Positions 19,430 to 30,072 of a DNA stretch of 64,000 bases are shown here, piece after piece. This DNA comes from Ignavibacteriota bacterium (lineage in GTDB: Bacteria > Bacteroidota > Ignavibacteria > Palsa-1295): contig CAWBEI010000003.1 of assembly GCA_963787835.1 (NCBI GenBank), positions 352,001-416,000 on the forward strand, in the 5' to 3' direction. The notes under the pieces were generated by a model. That model made no database searches, was not told the origin of the DNA, and saw only the letters and a list, made by a program, of their open reading frames with translations. Made by a program: the position numbers and the translations under genes. Numbering within the stretch: position 1 is the stretch's first letter; each line of letters starts with the position of its first letter.

Positions 19430-20335
19430 TTACTTAATGGCGTAAATGCGCATTCCACTCGAAATGAAGTGATTGACCGTGCGCACAATATGGAACACCG
19501 ATCTCTTAAAAATGTTACGCGGTACTGCCTGACCCATTTCCAATATCCCGTTCTTGCGGAGCATTTCCATTAACAGATCCCCCTCATTCGTTACGCGAAC
19601 CGTCCTGAATCCTGCTTTCCGTAAGTATTTCCCCATCGTGCGGTTCGAAAAGTAATAGAGATGCCCCTCGGGCATAAAATAAAACCAATCGGAGCCACGC
19701 AATTTCCGCTCCGGGCCATCATAGTTACCGGTTGCCATGAATAATACACCTCCCGGTTTCAGCCAGCGGTGGATCGTTCTGAGGGATTCCATCGGGTGCG
19801 GCAAATGCTCGATCACTTCACGCATGACGATCACATCCCACGAATTTTCGGGAAAATCGGCCTCTTCAATGGCTTTTGTCTCTACTGGAATTCCCATGTT
19901 GCGGACGAACTCTGCTGCGTAGCTCGATAACTCCAGCCCCGAACAATCGAAACCATGCTCACGAGCTTTTGCAAGGAAAACTCCAGTCCCACAACCAATT
20001 TCGAGCAATCGAGGACTTGGAGTGCTTGCTTTTCCCAACATTGACTTTATGGTATCGACATCCCAATCATTCAGTGTGTAATCACTTTTTTGCTTGCCAT
20101 ACGAATCGACTTCTCCTACATAATCAATACTCTTATCGAACCCATGACCCTTGAAATAATCAGCATCGTATAGCTCGCCTATCTTTTCGCCTTTGAGCCG
20201 AGGATTGGTATAAACCATTCCACACATTGAGCATTGAACGATCGTAAACCCATTTTTTCGGTATCGGATAACGGGTGCATCGGCACCGCAAAGATCGCAT
20301 GGGACGGATTCGAAATCAGAGGGAAGGAAATTCAC
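19430..20335 (-). CDS. Class I SAM-dependent methyltransferase with N-terminal Zn-binding CxxC pairs
   Basis: CDLC...CSMC, LLEIGCGTG, VIEHLPHP...LKPGG. Confidence 0.88.
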   Translation of the reverse strand: MNFLPSDFESVPCDLCGADAPVIRYRKNGFTIVQCSMCGMVYTNPRLKGEKIGELYDADYFKGHGFDKSIDYVGEVDSYGKQKSDYTLNDWDVDTIKSMLGKASTPSPRLLEIGCGTGVFLAKAREHGFDCSGLELSSYAAEFVRNMGIPVETKAIEEADFPENSWDVIVMREVIEHLPHPMESLRTIHRWLKPGGVLFMATGNYDGPERKLRGSDWFYFMPEGHLYYFSNRTMGKYLRKAGFRTVRVTNEGDLLMEMLRKNGILEMGQAVPRNIFKRSVFHIVRTVNHFISSGMRIYAIK

Positions 20336-20351
20336 TTCGTATAATTGAGGA

Positions 20352-21938
20352 TTATGTTTTGGGCTCCATGGTCACCACCGGCAATATCACTTCTTCCATC
20401 GAGATGCCGCCATGTTGAAAGGAATCACGATAGTAATTAAGGTATTTGTGGTAGTCGGTCGGATAGACAAAATAATAATCCTCTTTTGCAATGATATAGT
20501 TCGACGCATTCCCCCGAACCGGAAGTTTATACTCCTCCGGATGCTTGATGATCATCGCCTGCTTTTCTTCAGCCTTCACATTACGGCCATATTTGTAACG
20601 AAGGCTGGTCGAAGTCTCCCGATCGCCAATGACTTTCGCACCCCGCAGACTACGAATCGAGCCATGATCGGTAGAGACGACGATCTTCAAATTCGGCACC
20701 GCCGCCAACGACTTAAACATATCGAACAAACTCGAATGCATGAACCACGATCGCGTTAGGGAACGATACGCGCTTTCATCCGGCGCAATCTCCTTTAAGA
20801 TCGGCGAATCGCTACGGGTATGTGCCAGCATATCGACAAAATTCACCACGATGGCTGTGAAATGATTTTTCGCCTGTGTCGAAATATTCTGCGCGATGCC
20901 GGCGCCATAATCGCGGTCGATTATTTTAATGTATTTCATCTCCTGCCGCAATTTGATGCGCTTGCGATCTAACAGTTTTTGCAGCATTGAGGCTTCATCC
21001 CGATTCAGCGAACTTTCATCATCTTCCTTCGACGACCACATGTTCGGATACAATTTTCCGAATTCCGACGGAAACATTCCAGAAAAGATCGCATTCCGGG
21101 CATACGGCGTAGCCGTCGGAAGAATGCCGAAGTGATAGTTCCGCGTGATCTTGAAAAGATTACGAAGTTCCGCTTCCATGATCAGCCACTGATCCAGCCT
21201 CATGCAGTCGATCACGAAGGACACGACATTCTGCTTCGCGTCCGATTGCAGTTCCGGCAGCACCCACTGCTCGACAATATCCGGCGACATCGGCGGCCTG
21301 TTTGCCGCATTCGATTCCACGTAGATCGTATTGACCCACTCCCTATAATGCCGCTCGACGAATTTTCCGAACTCCGCATTTGCTTCCCGCTTCTGATCGA
21401 GTAGCGTTTGCTTCAAACCAAGCCCGGTATGCTCATCGAATTCCATTTCCCAGCCGACGATCTTCGCGTACAACTCGGTCCAGTCTTTCGCGGTCGAAGC
21501 ATTCATCAGCTCCAGCGAGATGCGCGCGAACTCCTGCGTGTAATCCCGCGAGACCGCCTCGTTCACAATAGCGCGGCCCTCCAAAAATTTCTTCACCGCA
21601 AGCAGCACTTGCGTGGGGTTGACGGGCTTCGTCAGATAATCGGAAATTTTCTTCCCGATCGCCTGCTCCATCAGGTCTTCCTCTTCGGATTTCGTCACCA
21701 TCACGACGGGCGTTTCGGGACGCGCAGATTTCAGCCGTTCCAGCGTCTCCAATCCGCCCATACCCGGCATATTTTCATCCAAAAAAACGAGATCGACCGG
21801 GCTTTCGGACGCAATAACAAGCGCGTCCTCGCCACTCAATGCAGTGCGGATGGTATAGCCGCGCCCTTCGAGCAGCAGAATATGCGGGCGTAGCAGGTCG
21901 ATCTCATCATCGACCCAGAGAATATTGCCTTTGGTCAT
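20352..21938 (-). CDS. porX: PorX-like response regulator (REC + PglZ alkaline-phosphatase-superfamily domain)
   Basis: ILWVDDEIDLLRPHILLLE...VFLDENMPGMGGLETL...VMVTKSEEE; IDCMRLDQW, ILPTATPYARNAIFSG, NFVDMLAH, TDHG and FQHGGISMEE. Confidence 0.9.
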   Translation of the reverse strand: MTKGNILWVDDEIDLLRPHILLLEGRGYTIRTALSGEDALVIASESPVDLVFLDENMPGMGGLETLERLKSARPETPVVMVTKSEEEDLMEQAIGKKISDYLTKPVNPTQVLLAVKKFLEGRAIVNEAVSRDYTQEFARISLELMNASTAKDWTELYAKIVGWEMEFDEHTGLGLKQTLLDQKREANAEFGKFVERHYREWVNTIYVESNAANRPPMSPDIVEQWVLPELQSDAKQNVVSFVIDCMRLDQWLIMEAELRNLFKITRNYHFGILPTATPYARNAIFSGMFPSEFGKLYPNMWSSKEDDESSLNRDEASMLQKLLDRKRIKLRQEMKYIKIIDRDYGAGIAQNISTQAKNHFTAIVVNFVDMLAHTRSDSPILKEIAPDESAYRSLTRSWFMHSSLFDMFKSLAAVPNLKIVVSTDHGSIRSLRGAKVIGDRETSTSLRYKYGRNVKAEEKQAMIIKHPEEYKLPVRGNASNYIIAKEDYYFVYPTDYHKYLNYYRDSFQHGGISMEEVILPVVTMEPKT

Positions 21939-21981
21939 TGCATACCTTCAACGCTCAAATGACAAGAGCGTTTCAGAGCTT

Positions 21982-23064
21982 CTACAGATCCGTCCTCAAT
22001 CCAAACCGAATGAACGGGGTAAAATCCGGGCCTTCGTCGTTAATGGCAAAGTCAATGTCGTAGCGTTTGATGTGCAGCCCAACACCCCCGGAGAATCCGG
22101 CAAGCCCGCTGCCGGTGGGAACATTTAGTTCGTGTCGCAGCTCGTTCTCATAGCCAAACCGTAAGCGTACTACCGGACCCATTGTGAATTCGCCGCCTAC
22201 TGAGAAATCATCAAGTGCATAAAAGATATTTCGTCCTTCGCGGTCGCGGGTAATATTATGGAAATCCAGCCCCAGCGTGAGCGGTAAATGCTCCGGCTTG
22301 ATCGTGGCGCCAAACTGAACGTCCGGCCCGACCGGCTCACCGACGCCCGCATACTGCGAAAGTTCCCCGCCCAAATTAAGGACGGATAATCCGAATGTCA
22401 TGCGTTCCTTCACCCATTCATAATACAGCCCAAGATCGGCCGCCATCCAGGTGGCGCTGTAATTCTGAATAGAAGAACCGGAGACGAGACTGGAACTCAC
22501 GATCTTTGCAGTCGCGCCGTAATGCAACCCATTGGATGCTGTGCTGGAATAAGCGAGCAACAACGCGACATCCCCGGTGTTGAATGTTCCAAGCGGTTGC
22601 CCTGTCGCATCTGCCGCGTTGGACGTCCCACCCGAAAAATATTGCACTCCAGCCGCAAAATTTCCAGCGAAAAGAATATTCTCTGGAACCGGATGCTCAT
22701 ACACAACCGCGCCCTCGTTAATATCGAGCACATAATGTGAGTAACTCACGGATATATTGTTCATCCGGTCGGAATCGGTGATTACAATGCTCGAGATCGC
22801 AGCCGGGTTGCTGAAAATGGTGTTCGGGTCGTTCGGCGTAGCCACAAATGTGTTACCCAGCGCGGCAGCTCGCGGACTCAGCGGCTTATTCAGAATATCG
22901 GAAAGGAAGGCTCGCGCCGATTCATTAACATCCTGTGCTCGTGCCGAAAGAATGAAGGATGAAGTATAAAGGATGAAGAAAAACAGGGACGCGGCGAGGA
23001 ACGCGATCACGCGGGCAGACTTCACTTTGCGGGTTTCTTGCGTCATGGATGAATATGAGCTCAC
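21982..23064 (-). CDS. PorQ/PorV-family T9SS outer-membrane beta-barrel
   Basis: Signal peptide ARA|Q; FL...PLSPRAAALG...IFSNPA; alternating beta-strands; LRFGY...RHEL...GLAGFSGGVGL. Confidence 0.8.
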   Translation of the reverse strand: MSSYSSMTQETRKVKSARVIAFLAASLFFFILYTSSFILSARAQDVNESARAFLSDILNKPLSPRAAALGNTFVATPNDPNTIFSNPAAISSIVITDSDRMNNISVSYSHYVLDINEGAVVYEHPVPENILFAGNFAAGVQYFSGGTSNAADATGQPLGTFNTGDVALLLAYSSTASNGLHYGATAKIVSSSLVSGSSIQNYSATWMAADLGLYYEWVKERMTFGLSVLNLGGELSQYAGVGEPVGPDVQFGATIKPEHLPLTLGLDFHNITRDREGRNIFYALDDFSVGGEFTMGPVVRLRFGYENELRHELNVPTGSGLAGFSGGVGLHIKRYDIDFAINDEGPDFTPFIRFGLRTDL

Positions 23065-23100
23065 TATTACAGAATCAGGGCGTGTGAAGTTTCACCAGAT

Positions 23101-24648
23101 TTAGGGTATTTGTTTTTGACCTGTTTTACTATTTCGTCTGTAAAGAGCCAATGCGTCGTTCCCGCCGCTCGGATTCCCGAATGTGCTATCGCGGGTGAAA
23201 CCATCCAGCATATGACGATCGAACAGGTTGATGTACCCGCCAAAATCACCCTGGAAATCTAAAATATAATCAACGGAATCCGCATCTAAATATGATCCGA
23301 TCCTCCCGGCTTTGAGAGCAGCTAACGCATCCGAATTCACCACGCCGTCGATATTAACCACACTCCCCTGCCTGCTCGCGAAATAACCATAATAACCTGA
23401 ATTGAATGAGGCTACCTTGTTATGCTCCGTCAGCTTTTGAGACGTCGGCAATCCCAATTCGAGAAGCTGAGCCTGCGATCCGTATTGTGGCTGTCGGAAC
23501 AGAAATAGCTGAAGAATTATAACAATCGCCGCCAAAACGAAGCGTCCGCTGGCTCGCGCTTCCGTCGTGCCAGCATTTGCAGCTATACTAATTCCAAATC
23601 CAATAAAGAAAAGCGGAAGCAATCCTGCAATATACCAATCCCGAATAAATCCCCGAAAAAGCGAGTGAACGAGAAGAAGTAACACTCCCCCGCCGATCAA
23701 CAAATAGATCGTGCGCTCGGCTGGCAGCAGTTTTTTTCTCCGAGCGATCACTGCGTAACCGATGGTCAGCAATGGTAAACCGAACACGGTGTACCAAAAT
23801 GGCTTTATTGTATTGCGGATTGCTTCCATTCCGAAATGCCAATATTTCGATGAACCATAGAGCACATCATACTTACGCATCGCCAGCATTGGGACCGCCT
23901 CCGCGCTCGATTGAACGATGGTTCCGAAATGCACTAGGTTCCAGATAAGCCACGGAGCGAGCACAGCCGCACCGAGAATGGATGCGAGCAACATGCCTTT
24001 CCACTCAGCCCGGAAATGAATCCATAGTAAATATGCAGAAACAGGAAATATTACAATAAAGCTATCCGTTCGAGCCAGCAAAAGAAAATCAGAAGCAATC
24101 CCTAACAGGATCCACCGTCCATGCTGTCCAACACGTCCACTATTTGTCCACAAAAAGGCTCGGAACCATAATACAAATAGCAGTGCCGTAAGGGTGGTCT
24201 CCAATCCATTAATGCCTCGAAGAAGAACAATGGAACTCAGCGCATACATCAGCGCTGCAGATGCCGCCGCAGTTCTTCTGTTGGATTCCTTCGCATGTGG
24301 GCTCAGATCATAAATGGTACTTCCGATTAGCCAGACGATCACACCATCGAGCACACTTTGAAAAAGTAAGACAGCATGAATAAAGCCCCATTTCGTCAAG
24401 CCGAGACAGAAAGCGGGAGCAATTATAAACAGCCATAGTGGATGCATCCCGTTCGTGGGATGAATACTATCGAATGAGACTCCATAACCATGCGCAAGAT
24501 TGCTTGCAATAGTGAAATAGTACAGCGCATCATCCGGCAACTGAGTAGTTACAAGTTGCAGGGTATGCGTCCGGAAATAGAACCACGCGCCGATACGAAC
24601 CGACATTCCGACAATCGTGATCCAAAAAAGCCAGCGTTTATTCTGCAT
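23101..24648 (-). CDS. Polytopic GT-C-fold membrane glycosyltransferase (PMT/ArnT-like)
   Basis: PDDALYYFTIASNLAHG...TNGMHPLW first-loop DD motif; GLET and LARTD; many TM segments. Confidence 0.7.
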   Translation of the reverse strand: MQNKRWLFWITIVGMSVRIGAWFYFRTHTLQLVTTQLPDDALYYFTIASNLAHGYGVSFDSIHPTNGMHPLWLFIIAPAFCLGLTKWGFIHAVLLFQSVLDGVIVWLIGSTIYDLSPHAKESNRRTAAASAALMYALSSIVLLRGINGLETTLTALLFVLWFRAFLWTNSGRVGQHGRWILLGIASDFLLLARTDSFIVIFPVSAYLLWIHFRAEWKGMLLASILGAAVLAPWLIWNLVHFGTIVQSSAEAVPMLAMRKYDVLYGSSKYWHFGMEAIRNTIKPFWYTVFGLPLLTIGYAVIARRKKLLPAERTIYLLIGGGVLLLLVHSLFRGFIRDWYIAGLLPLFFIGFGISIAANAGTTEARASGRFVLAAIVIILQLFLFRQPQYGSQAQLLELGLPTSQKLTEHNKVASFNSGYYGYFASRQGSVVNIDGVVNSDALAALKAGRIGSYLDADSVDYILDFQGDFGGYINLFDRHMLDGFTRDSTFGNPSGGNDALALYRRNSKTGQKQIP

Positions 24649-25628
24649 TATCCCCGTGGGTGGAACGTTCGGTGAACCTCCTGCAAATAGGAACGATCGA
24701 CATGGGTATAGATTTCAGTAGTAGAAATATCGGCATGGCCGAGCATTTCCTGTACCATCCTAAGATCGGCGCCACCCTCGATAAGATGCGTCGCGAATGA
24801 GTGCCGGAAGGTATGCGGCGAAAGGTGCTTTTCGATCTTCGCTTGCGATGCATATTCGCTAACAAGATTCCATGCCGACATCCGCGAAAGTGCAGTACCA
24901 CGCTCCTGATTCAGAAAAACAGCATCCGTCCGTTTCACGGATCGAAGCAATAGCGGTCTCACTTTTGAAAGATAAACTTCCATCGCATCCCGCGCCATTT
25001 TTCCAATTGGAACAACCCGCTCTTTACTTCCCTTACCGAACAGCTTTACTAATCCGTCCTTAAGGAACAACTGCTGAACTCGAAGTCCTGTTGCTTCCGA
25101 TACACGCGCACCGGTCGCATAGAGGAATTCCAGCAACGCTTTATCGCGAACTCCTTTGTTCGTTGTCACATCCGGTTCAGCGAGCACTGCTTCGATCTCC
25201 TCGATGGAAAGCACATCCGGCAGCTTCCTTCGAATAGATTTTACGTCGAGATTCTCGGTCGGATCGGTGAGAATGATCTTCTCCGTCAGCAAAAATTTAT
25301 AGAAACCACGCAGCCCGCTCACGATCCGAACGATGCTTGTTCTTGCAAGACCAACTTCGCCAAGTTCGCGCAGAAACTTTTGGAGATCCCCATAGGACAC
25401 ACGTATTATGGGAACCTGCGAGGGCGCAATGAAGGATTCTAATTTCTCGATGTCACGCCGGTAGGCTTCGAGAGAATTCGGTGAAAGACCCCGTTCGATA
25501 CGAAGGTAATTCATATACAACGCCACAGGATTGAGCGTGGACCTCTGTATGAAAACATCCTCGCCCTCGCCTCCCAAGCGTGCGAGGGTGCGGCTCGATC
25601 GTTTCGGACGGGTGGTGGCGATCGCCAT
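24648..25628 (-). CDS. xerD: Tyrosine recombinase XerD
   Basis: ERGLSPNSLEAYRRD, RDKALLEFLYATGARVSE, GKGSKERVVP and SPHTFRHSFATHL.EGGADLRMVQEMLGHADISTTEIYTH. Confidence 0.95.
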   Translation of the reverse strand: MAIATTRPKRSSRTLARLGGEGEDVFIQRSTLNPVALYMNYLRIERGLSPNSLEAYRRDIEKLESFIAPSQVPIIRVSYGDLQKFLRELGEVGLARTSIVRIVSGLRGFYKFLLTEKIILTDPTENLDVKSIRRKLPDVLSIEEIEAVLAEPDVTTNKGVRDKALLEFLYATGARVSEATGLRVQQLFLKDGLVKLFGKGSKERVVPIGKMARDAMEVYLSKVRPLLLRSVKRTDAVFLNQERGTALSRMSAWNLVSEYASQAKIEKHLSPHTFRHSFATHLIEGGADLRMVQEMLGHADISTTEIYTHVDRSYLQEVHRTFHPRG

Positions 25629-25631
25629 TCG

Positions 25632-27983
25632 TTATGCAGTCACTGATTTTACGTCCTCGGGTTCCCGAGAAGGATAGGGAATTCTGGGATGGTGGAGGCC
25701 TGAGAGATGCCGGGCGAACACAGCGCGGATGATCATAAAATCCCGCACCGTAATATCGGATTGATCGAATTGCCCCTGCTCAAAGCGGGTACGAATGAGT
25801 TGCCCGATCGCTTCGTCGATCGCTTCAAACGATGTTTCCTCCCCTTTCCGAGCCAGCGAGCGCGAGATAGCTTCGGATGCATCGGCCAGCATGACAATAA
25901 CGGTCTCTTTTGAATTAGGCAGGGGACCGGTATAGCGAAATTCGTCTTCATTGATGACACTATCGCCTAAAGATTCCGTCACAGCGCGAAGATAAAAAAA
26001 GGAGATCGGCAGGGTCCCGTGATGCATCGGAATAAAGTCGATAATACGCTCCGGTAATCCATTGGCTCGAGCAAGTATCACTCCCTGAGCAACATGTGCC
26101 TTTACCCTCCTTGCGCTTTCTCGGGCGCTCAACATATCGTGAATATTTCCAGATTCCGTTCCCTGATTCTCAACAAAAGTTTGTGGATCCGTGAGTTTGC
26201 CAATGTCATGAAAATAGGCACCGATCTTTGCCAAAAGGGCATTCGCTCCAACTGCAAGCGCTGCATGTTCCGCAAGCTGTGCGACCATCATGGTATGCTG
26301 ATACGTCCCGGGTGCTTGAAGCGCCAATTCTCGAAGCAACGGCAGGTTCACGTTGTCGAATTCGGTCAGGCGTAGATCGCTCGCCGTATCGAAGAGCATC
26401 TCGATCACATAGAGCAACCCAAGCGTAATAACCGGGGATACAAGCGCATTCCCAAGCGCAGAAATCAATTCAGCACCCGCTTCGGCCGGTGGTGTCCCCT
26501 GTTCTAGCGATAATGCGACGATCGCGACCAAATATCCGGCGAAAATATAACCGATGCTGGTAAAAAGCTGTCCCCGGTTCCTGAGATCCCGAACAGTATA
26601 AGCCGCAAAGGCGCCCGCGCAGAGTCCGGCCAACGCAACGGAATAATCATTCCCTCGAATACCGGCAACAAGAAGTGCAGCCGCTACTGTCCCATAAAAT
26701 CCCGTTCTGCTGTCAAACAGAATGGTGAGCAGCATCGAGGCCACCGGGATCAAAATGAAATACTGGAGCGGAAAATCGACAGGGATCGATACTGAAAAGT
26801 ACGCCATCACCGCTGGGAAGAGCAGCACCAGCGCGATCAAAAGGATCTGCGCATTATCATTATAGATCTTTCTACGGATGAACTTGAGATACAGCACGAT
26901 GAGCATTACGATCAGACCCGCATGCCCGATCGTTCCCAGAATCCGCCAGAGTTCGGCAACAGACCCACCCTGTTCCAGCCGTGCTTTTGAAAGGCTTTCC
27001 AGCGAAGATACCATCTGCGGCGTAAGCACTTCGCCCTTTTCCACAATCTTCTGACCTTCGATCACCAGCCCATCGGTTCGAGGAACCCTTTCTATAATGG
27101 CCTGCCGGCTTTCCTCTGTAAGCCCTGCGTCGAAGGTGACGGTAGGAAGCAAAGTCTGAGATAGCAACACCGATAGAGGATGCAACAGCGGGGTATCATG
27201 TTTCAGGCGAGCTTCGAGTTTAGAATAGATCCGGTTCGCAACAGCCTGCACCGTGAGGAGCGAATCCGTGTTCATCAAAGATTCCTCGTTCGGACGAGTG
27301 CGAAGAACAAATGATCGTGATTCACTTGCGGCTTCCTCGGGTTTGCCGGACGTGATCAAACGCATCGATTCCACTTCCGCTATTTGCCGAATAATGAACG
27401 CTTCAACATCGCTCCGGTCGTGCTGATCTCGCTCAAATTGCTTCTGGCTTTCGGATTGAGCCGAAGATACCAAGGACACCCAATCATCTTTTGTCAGACC
27501 GATCGCTTTAGCGGAATCAAGCAGCGATAAGCCGGCCAACGAATCCTCACGAGCACTGGCAAGCATGCTCATAAGATGTTCCCAATCGCGATGAAAATGC
27601 TTTACACTTTCGGACGCGGCATTGGTGTCCGGCACATACACCGGATGGAGTTCCTGAAGCGCCTTGCGGACATCCTGCGTGTAGCGGACTCCCTCTTTAT
27701 AGATCGGGAATGTGAAGGGAGCGGTTACATCACTGTTGGTCCATAGTGAACCGGCAGCATATCCCGATAAGGCGATCGTGTGTGCGCTGGGAAAAAGAAC
27801 TGCGATCGTAAGTGTAAGCCCAATACCTATCGACCATCGGATGGGTTTGGAACGCCTCCATTTCGGACGTGCAAGTGCCACGCGAACGAATCGAATCATC
27901 CGTTTGCGAACATTACCACTTGCCCGAGAGTCCTTCATGCGGCTTCCAACTCTGTACCAATAGAAAAAGGTGTCCCGATCCAT
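25632..27983 (-). CDS. 7TM-HD (HDIG) phosphohydrolase, PgpH-like putative cyclic-dinucleotide phosphodiesterase
   Basis: Extracytoplasmic domain and 7TM region, then APGTYQH, YFHDIGK, HHGT and MLADASEA. Confidence 0.88.
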   Translation of the reverse strand: MDRDTFFYWYRVGSRMKDSRASGNVRKRMIRFVRVALARPKWRRSKPIRWSIGIGLTLTIAVLFPSAHTIALSGYAAGSLWTNSDVTAPFTFPIYKEGVRYTQDVRKALQELHPVYVPDTNAASESVKHFHRDWEHLMSMLASAREDSLAGLSLLDSAKAIGLTKDDWVSLVSSAQSESQKQFERDQHDRSDVEAFIIRQIAEVESMRLITSGKPEEAASESRSFVLRTRPNEESLMNTDSLLTVQAVANRIYSKLEARLKHDTPLLHPLSVLLSQTLLPTVTFDAGLTEESRQAIIERVPRTDGLVIEGQKIVEKGEVLTPQMVSSLESLSKARLEQGGSVAELWRILGTIGHAGLIVMLIVLYLKFIRRKIYNDNAQILLIALVLLFPAVMAYFSVSIPVDFPLQYFILIPVASMLLTILFDSRTGFYGTVAAALLVAGIRGNDYSVALAGLCAGAFAAYTVRDLRNRGQLFTSIGYIFAGYLVAIVALSLEQGTPPAEAGAELISALGNALVSPVITLGLLYVIEMLFDTASDLRLTEFDNVNLPLLRELALQAPGTYQHTMMVAQLAEHAALAVGANALLAKIGAYFHDIGKLTDPQTFVENQGTESGNIHDMLSARESARRVKAHVAQGVILARANGLPERIIDFIPMHHGTLPISFFYLRAVTESLGDSVINEDEFRYTGPLPNSKETVIVMLADASEAISRSLARKGEETSFEAIDEAIGQLIRTRFEQGQFDQSDITVRDFMIIRAVFARHLSGLHHPRIPYPSREPEDVKSVTA

Positions 27984-28146
27984 AAAGATTTAGCACGGAA
28001 CACCTTAAGATAGCCGTTTCGCCATTTCATCATTCGAATTTCATACTCCGTAATTCTTCTTCCTCTATTCCGGTTAACAGTGCTTTAGAATAAATAGGAC
28101 TATTCCATCGCGGCGGGAAAAGCGGTTCGCTTGATACCGTCTCATT

Positions 28147-30039
28147 TTGCAAATTTCACCTGTGCGTTACCGCTGGCGACTTCCAGACCCGATTTCCACA
28201 GAGATCGCGGAACCAACAATTGAATCGGATGCTCATTTCAACTCCGCGAATGGGACATCTTCGCCTGTGGCCGAACTCGTGCGATCAATCAATGTACCGG
28301 AAAGCATTGCTCGCATTCTTGTTTCAAGGGGAGTCCACACGTTCGATGAAGCTCGTGATTTTTTCAGGCCCTCGCTGGACCACCTGTATGACCCCTTCAT
28401 CATGAATGATATGGCCCGCGCTGTCGAGCGAATCAAGCGCGCTGCTCAAGAGGGCGAGCGAATCACGATCTATGGTGATTACGACGTTGATGGAACAACA
28501 AGCACGGCAATGCTTGCGCTTTTCTTCGAGTCCGTCGGTATTCATGTGGCCTATCACATTCCGGATCGTTTCACAGAAGGCTATGGGCTTTCTGTTGCGG
28601 GACTCGACAGATGCTTCGCATCCCCGGACGGAGCGCCAAGCCTGATTCTGACCATTGACTGTGGCATCACGGCCATCGATGCCGTTGCCTATGCGCGGTC
28701 CCGAGGCGCGGACATCATCATCTGCGACCATCATGAGCCGATCCGGTCCGGCAGTTCATTCCAACTCCCGAATGCGTATGCGATCCTAAACCCGATCAAA
28801 GGTTCGTGCGAATACCCCAATAAGCATTTATGCGGATGCGGAGTCGGATTCAAGCTCATTCAGGCGCTCTCTAAGGAGTTCGATCTCGGCGATCGAGCCT
28901 TTGAATATCTCGATTTTGTTGCTCTGGCAAGTTCGGCAGATATTGTTTCGCTTCAAGGCGAGAACCGAATTCTGACCTCATTCGGCCTGAAGCTTATCAA
29001 CGAACAACCTCGTCCAGGTATTCGCGCGCTCATTCGGGCAGCCCAACAGCATGTGGGAAAAATCGGCACCAGTCAAGTCGTCTTTGGGCTTGCACCCCGT
29101 ATCAATGCAGCAGGTCGGCTGGGTGATGGAGGCCGTGCCGTGAAGCTACTCATGGCAAAGACCGACGACGAAGCTCAACATTATGCGGCCGAACTTGAAT
29201 TTGCAAACTCAAGCCGGCGACGCATCGACGAAGACGCATTTTTCGAGGCATGCCAGTTTGTTGAAGGCCTCCTGCAGCGAAGGGATTCGGAAGCTGCTCC
29301 TCGGGACCGGATCATTGTGCTGCATAATCCCGCATGGCATGCCGGGATCATCGGCATTGTGGCTTCGCGGTTGGTCGATCGGTACCATCTTCCCGTCGTG
29401 CTGCTTACAACGATCGATGGCGTCGCCAAAGGAAGTGCTCGCTCCATTATTGGCTTTGATATCCATTCTGCCATCAAACGCTGCGAGGAGACTGTAATGT
29501 CGTTCGGAGGGCATAAATACGCTGCCGGACTTTCGATTGCGGTAGATCGGGTCGGAGATTTTCGCTCCGCGATCAATGAAGTTGCAAGCGAAATGATCTC
29601 CGATGATATGCTCGAGCCGGAGATCCTCATCGATGCATCGATCAGCCTGAACGAACTGAATCCAAAATTTTTCGCGATCACTCGTCAGTTCCAACCTTAC
29701 GGCCCGGATAATATGCGCCCGGTATTTCACGCAAAAGATGTGGAAGTAGTAGGTGCTCCGAAAACAGTCGGTAAAACAACGCCTCATCTGAAATTTCAAG
29801 TGCGGTCATCCACCATCGCTCGTTTAGATAACGGAGTTGCGATTGCGCCGAACATAACACCGTTCACATTGGGTGGGGCATCTATCGAAGCTATTGGATT
29901 TGGTCTCGGCGAGCGTATTGCCGAACTGAAAAATTCTGACAACAAAGGACGCAAGGATCTCGAATTGGTGTTCTCTCTTGAAGAAAATGAATATAATGGC
30001 CGTATAACACCGCAACTTGTTGTTAAAGATTTTCGATAA
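28147..30039 (+). CDS. recJ: ssDNA-specific exonuclease RecJ
   Basis: YGDYDVDG, PDRFTEGYG, TIDCG, CDHHE, APRINAAGR, GSARS and FGGHKYAAG. Confidence 0.96.
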   Translation: MQISPVRYRWRLPDPISTEIAEPTIESDAHFNSANGTSSPVAELVRSINVPESIARILVSRGVHTFDEARDFFRPSLDHLYDPFIMNDMARAVERIKRAAQEGERITIYGDYDVDGTTSTAMLALFFESVGIHVAYHIPDRFTEGYGLSVAGLDRCFASPDGAPSLILTIDCGITAIDAVAYARSRGADIIICDHHEPIRSGSSFQLPNAYAILNPIKGSCEYPNKHLCGCGVGFKLIQALSKEFDLGDRAFEYLDFVALASSADIVSLQGENRILTSFGLKLINEQPRPGIRALIRAAQQHVGKIGTSQVVFGLAPRINAAGRLGDGGRAVKLLMAKTDDEAQHYAAELEFANSSRRRIDEDAFFEACQFVEGLLQRRDSEAAPRDRIIVLHNPAWHAGIIGIVASRLVDRYHLPVVLLTTIDGVAKGSARSIIGFDIHSAIKRCEETVMSFGGHKYAAGLSIAVDRVGDFRSAINEVASEMISDDMLEPEILIDASISLNELNPKFFAITRQFQPYGPDNMRPVFHAKDVEVVGAPKTVGKTTPHLKFQVRSSTIARLDNGVAIAPNITPFTLGGASIEAIGFGLGERIAELKNSDNKGRKDLELVFSLEENEYNGRITPQLVVKDFR

Positions 30040-30072
30040 TACGATCCTTGCTACAAACCTTCCGATCATAAC

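Noticed and set aside
20352-21938. BREX/Pgl defence system suggested by the PglZ domain
   Set aside because: The REC-PglZ fusion next to a PorQ/PorV gene is PorX; no brxC, pglX or brxL is present.
24648-25628. Phage or island integrase
   Set aside because: The sequence is canonical XerD inside a tightly coupled operon, with no att sites or phage genes.
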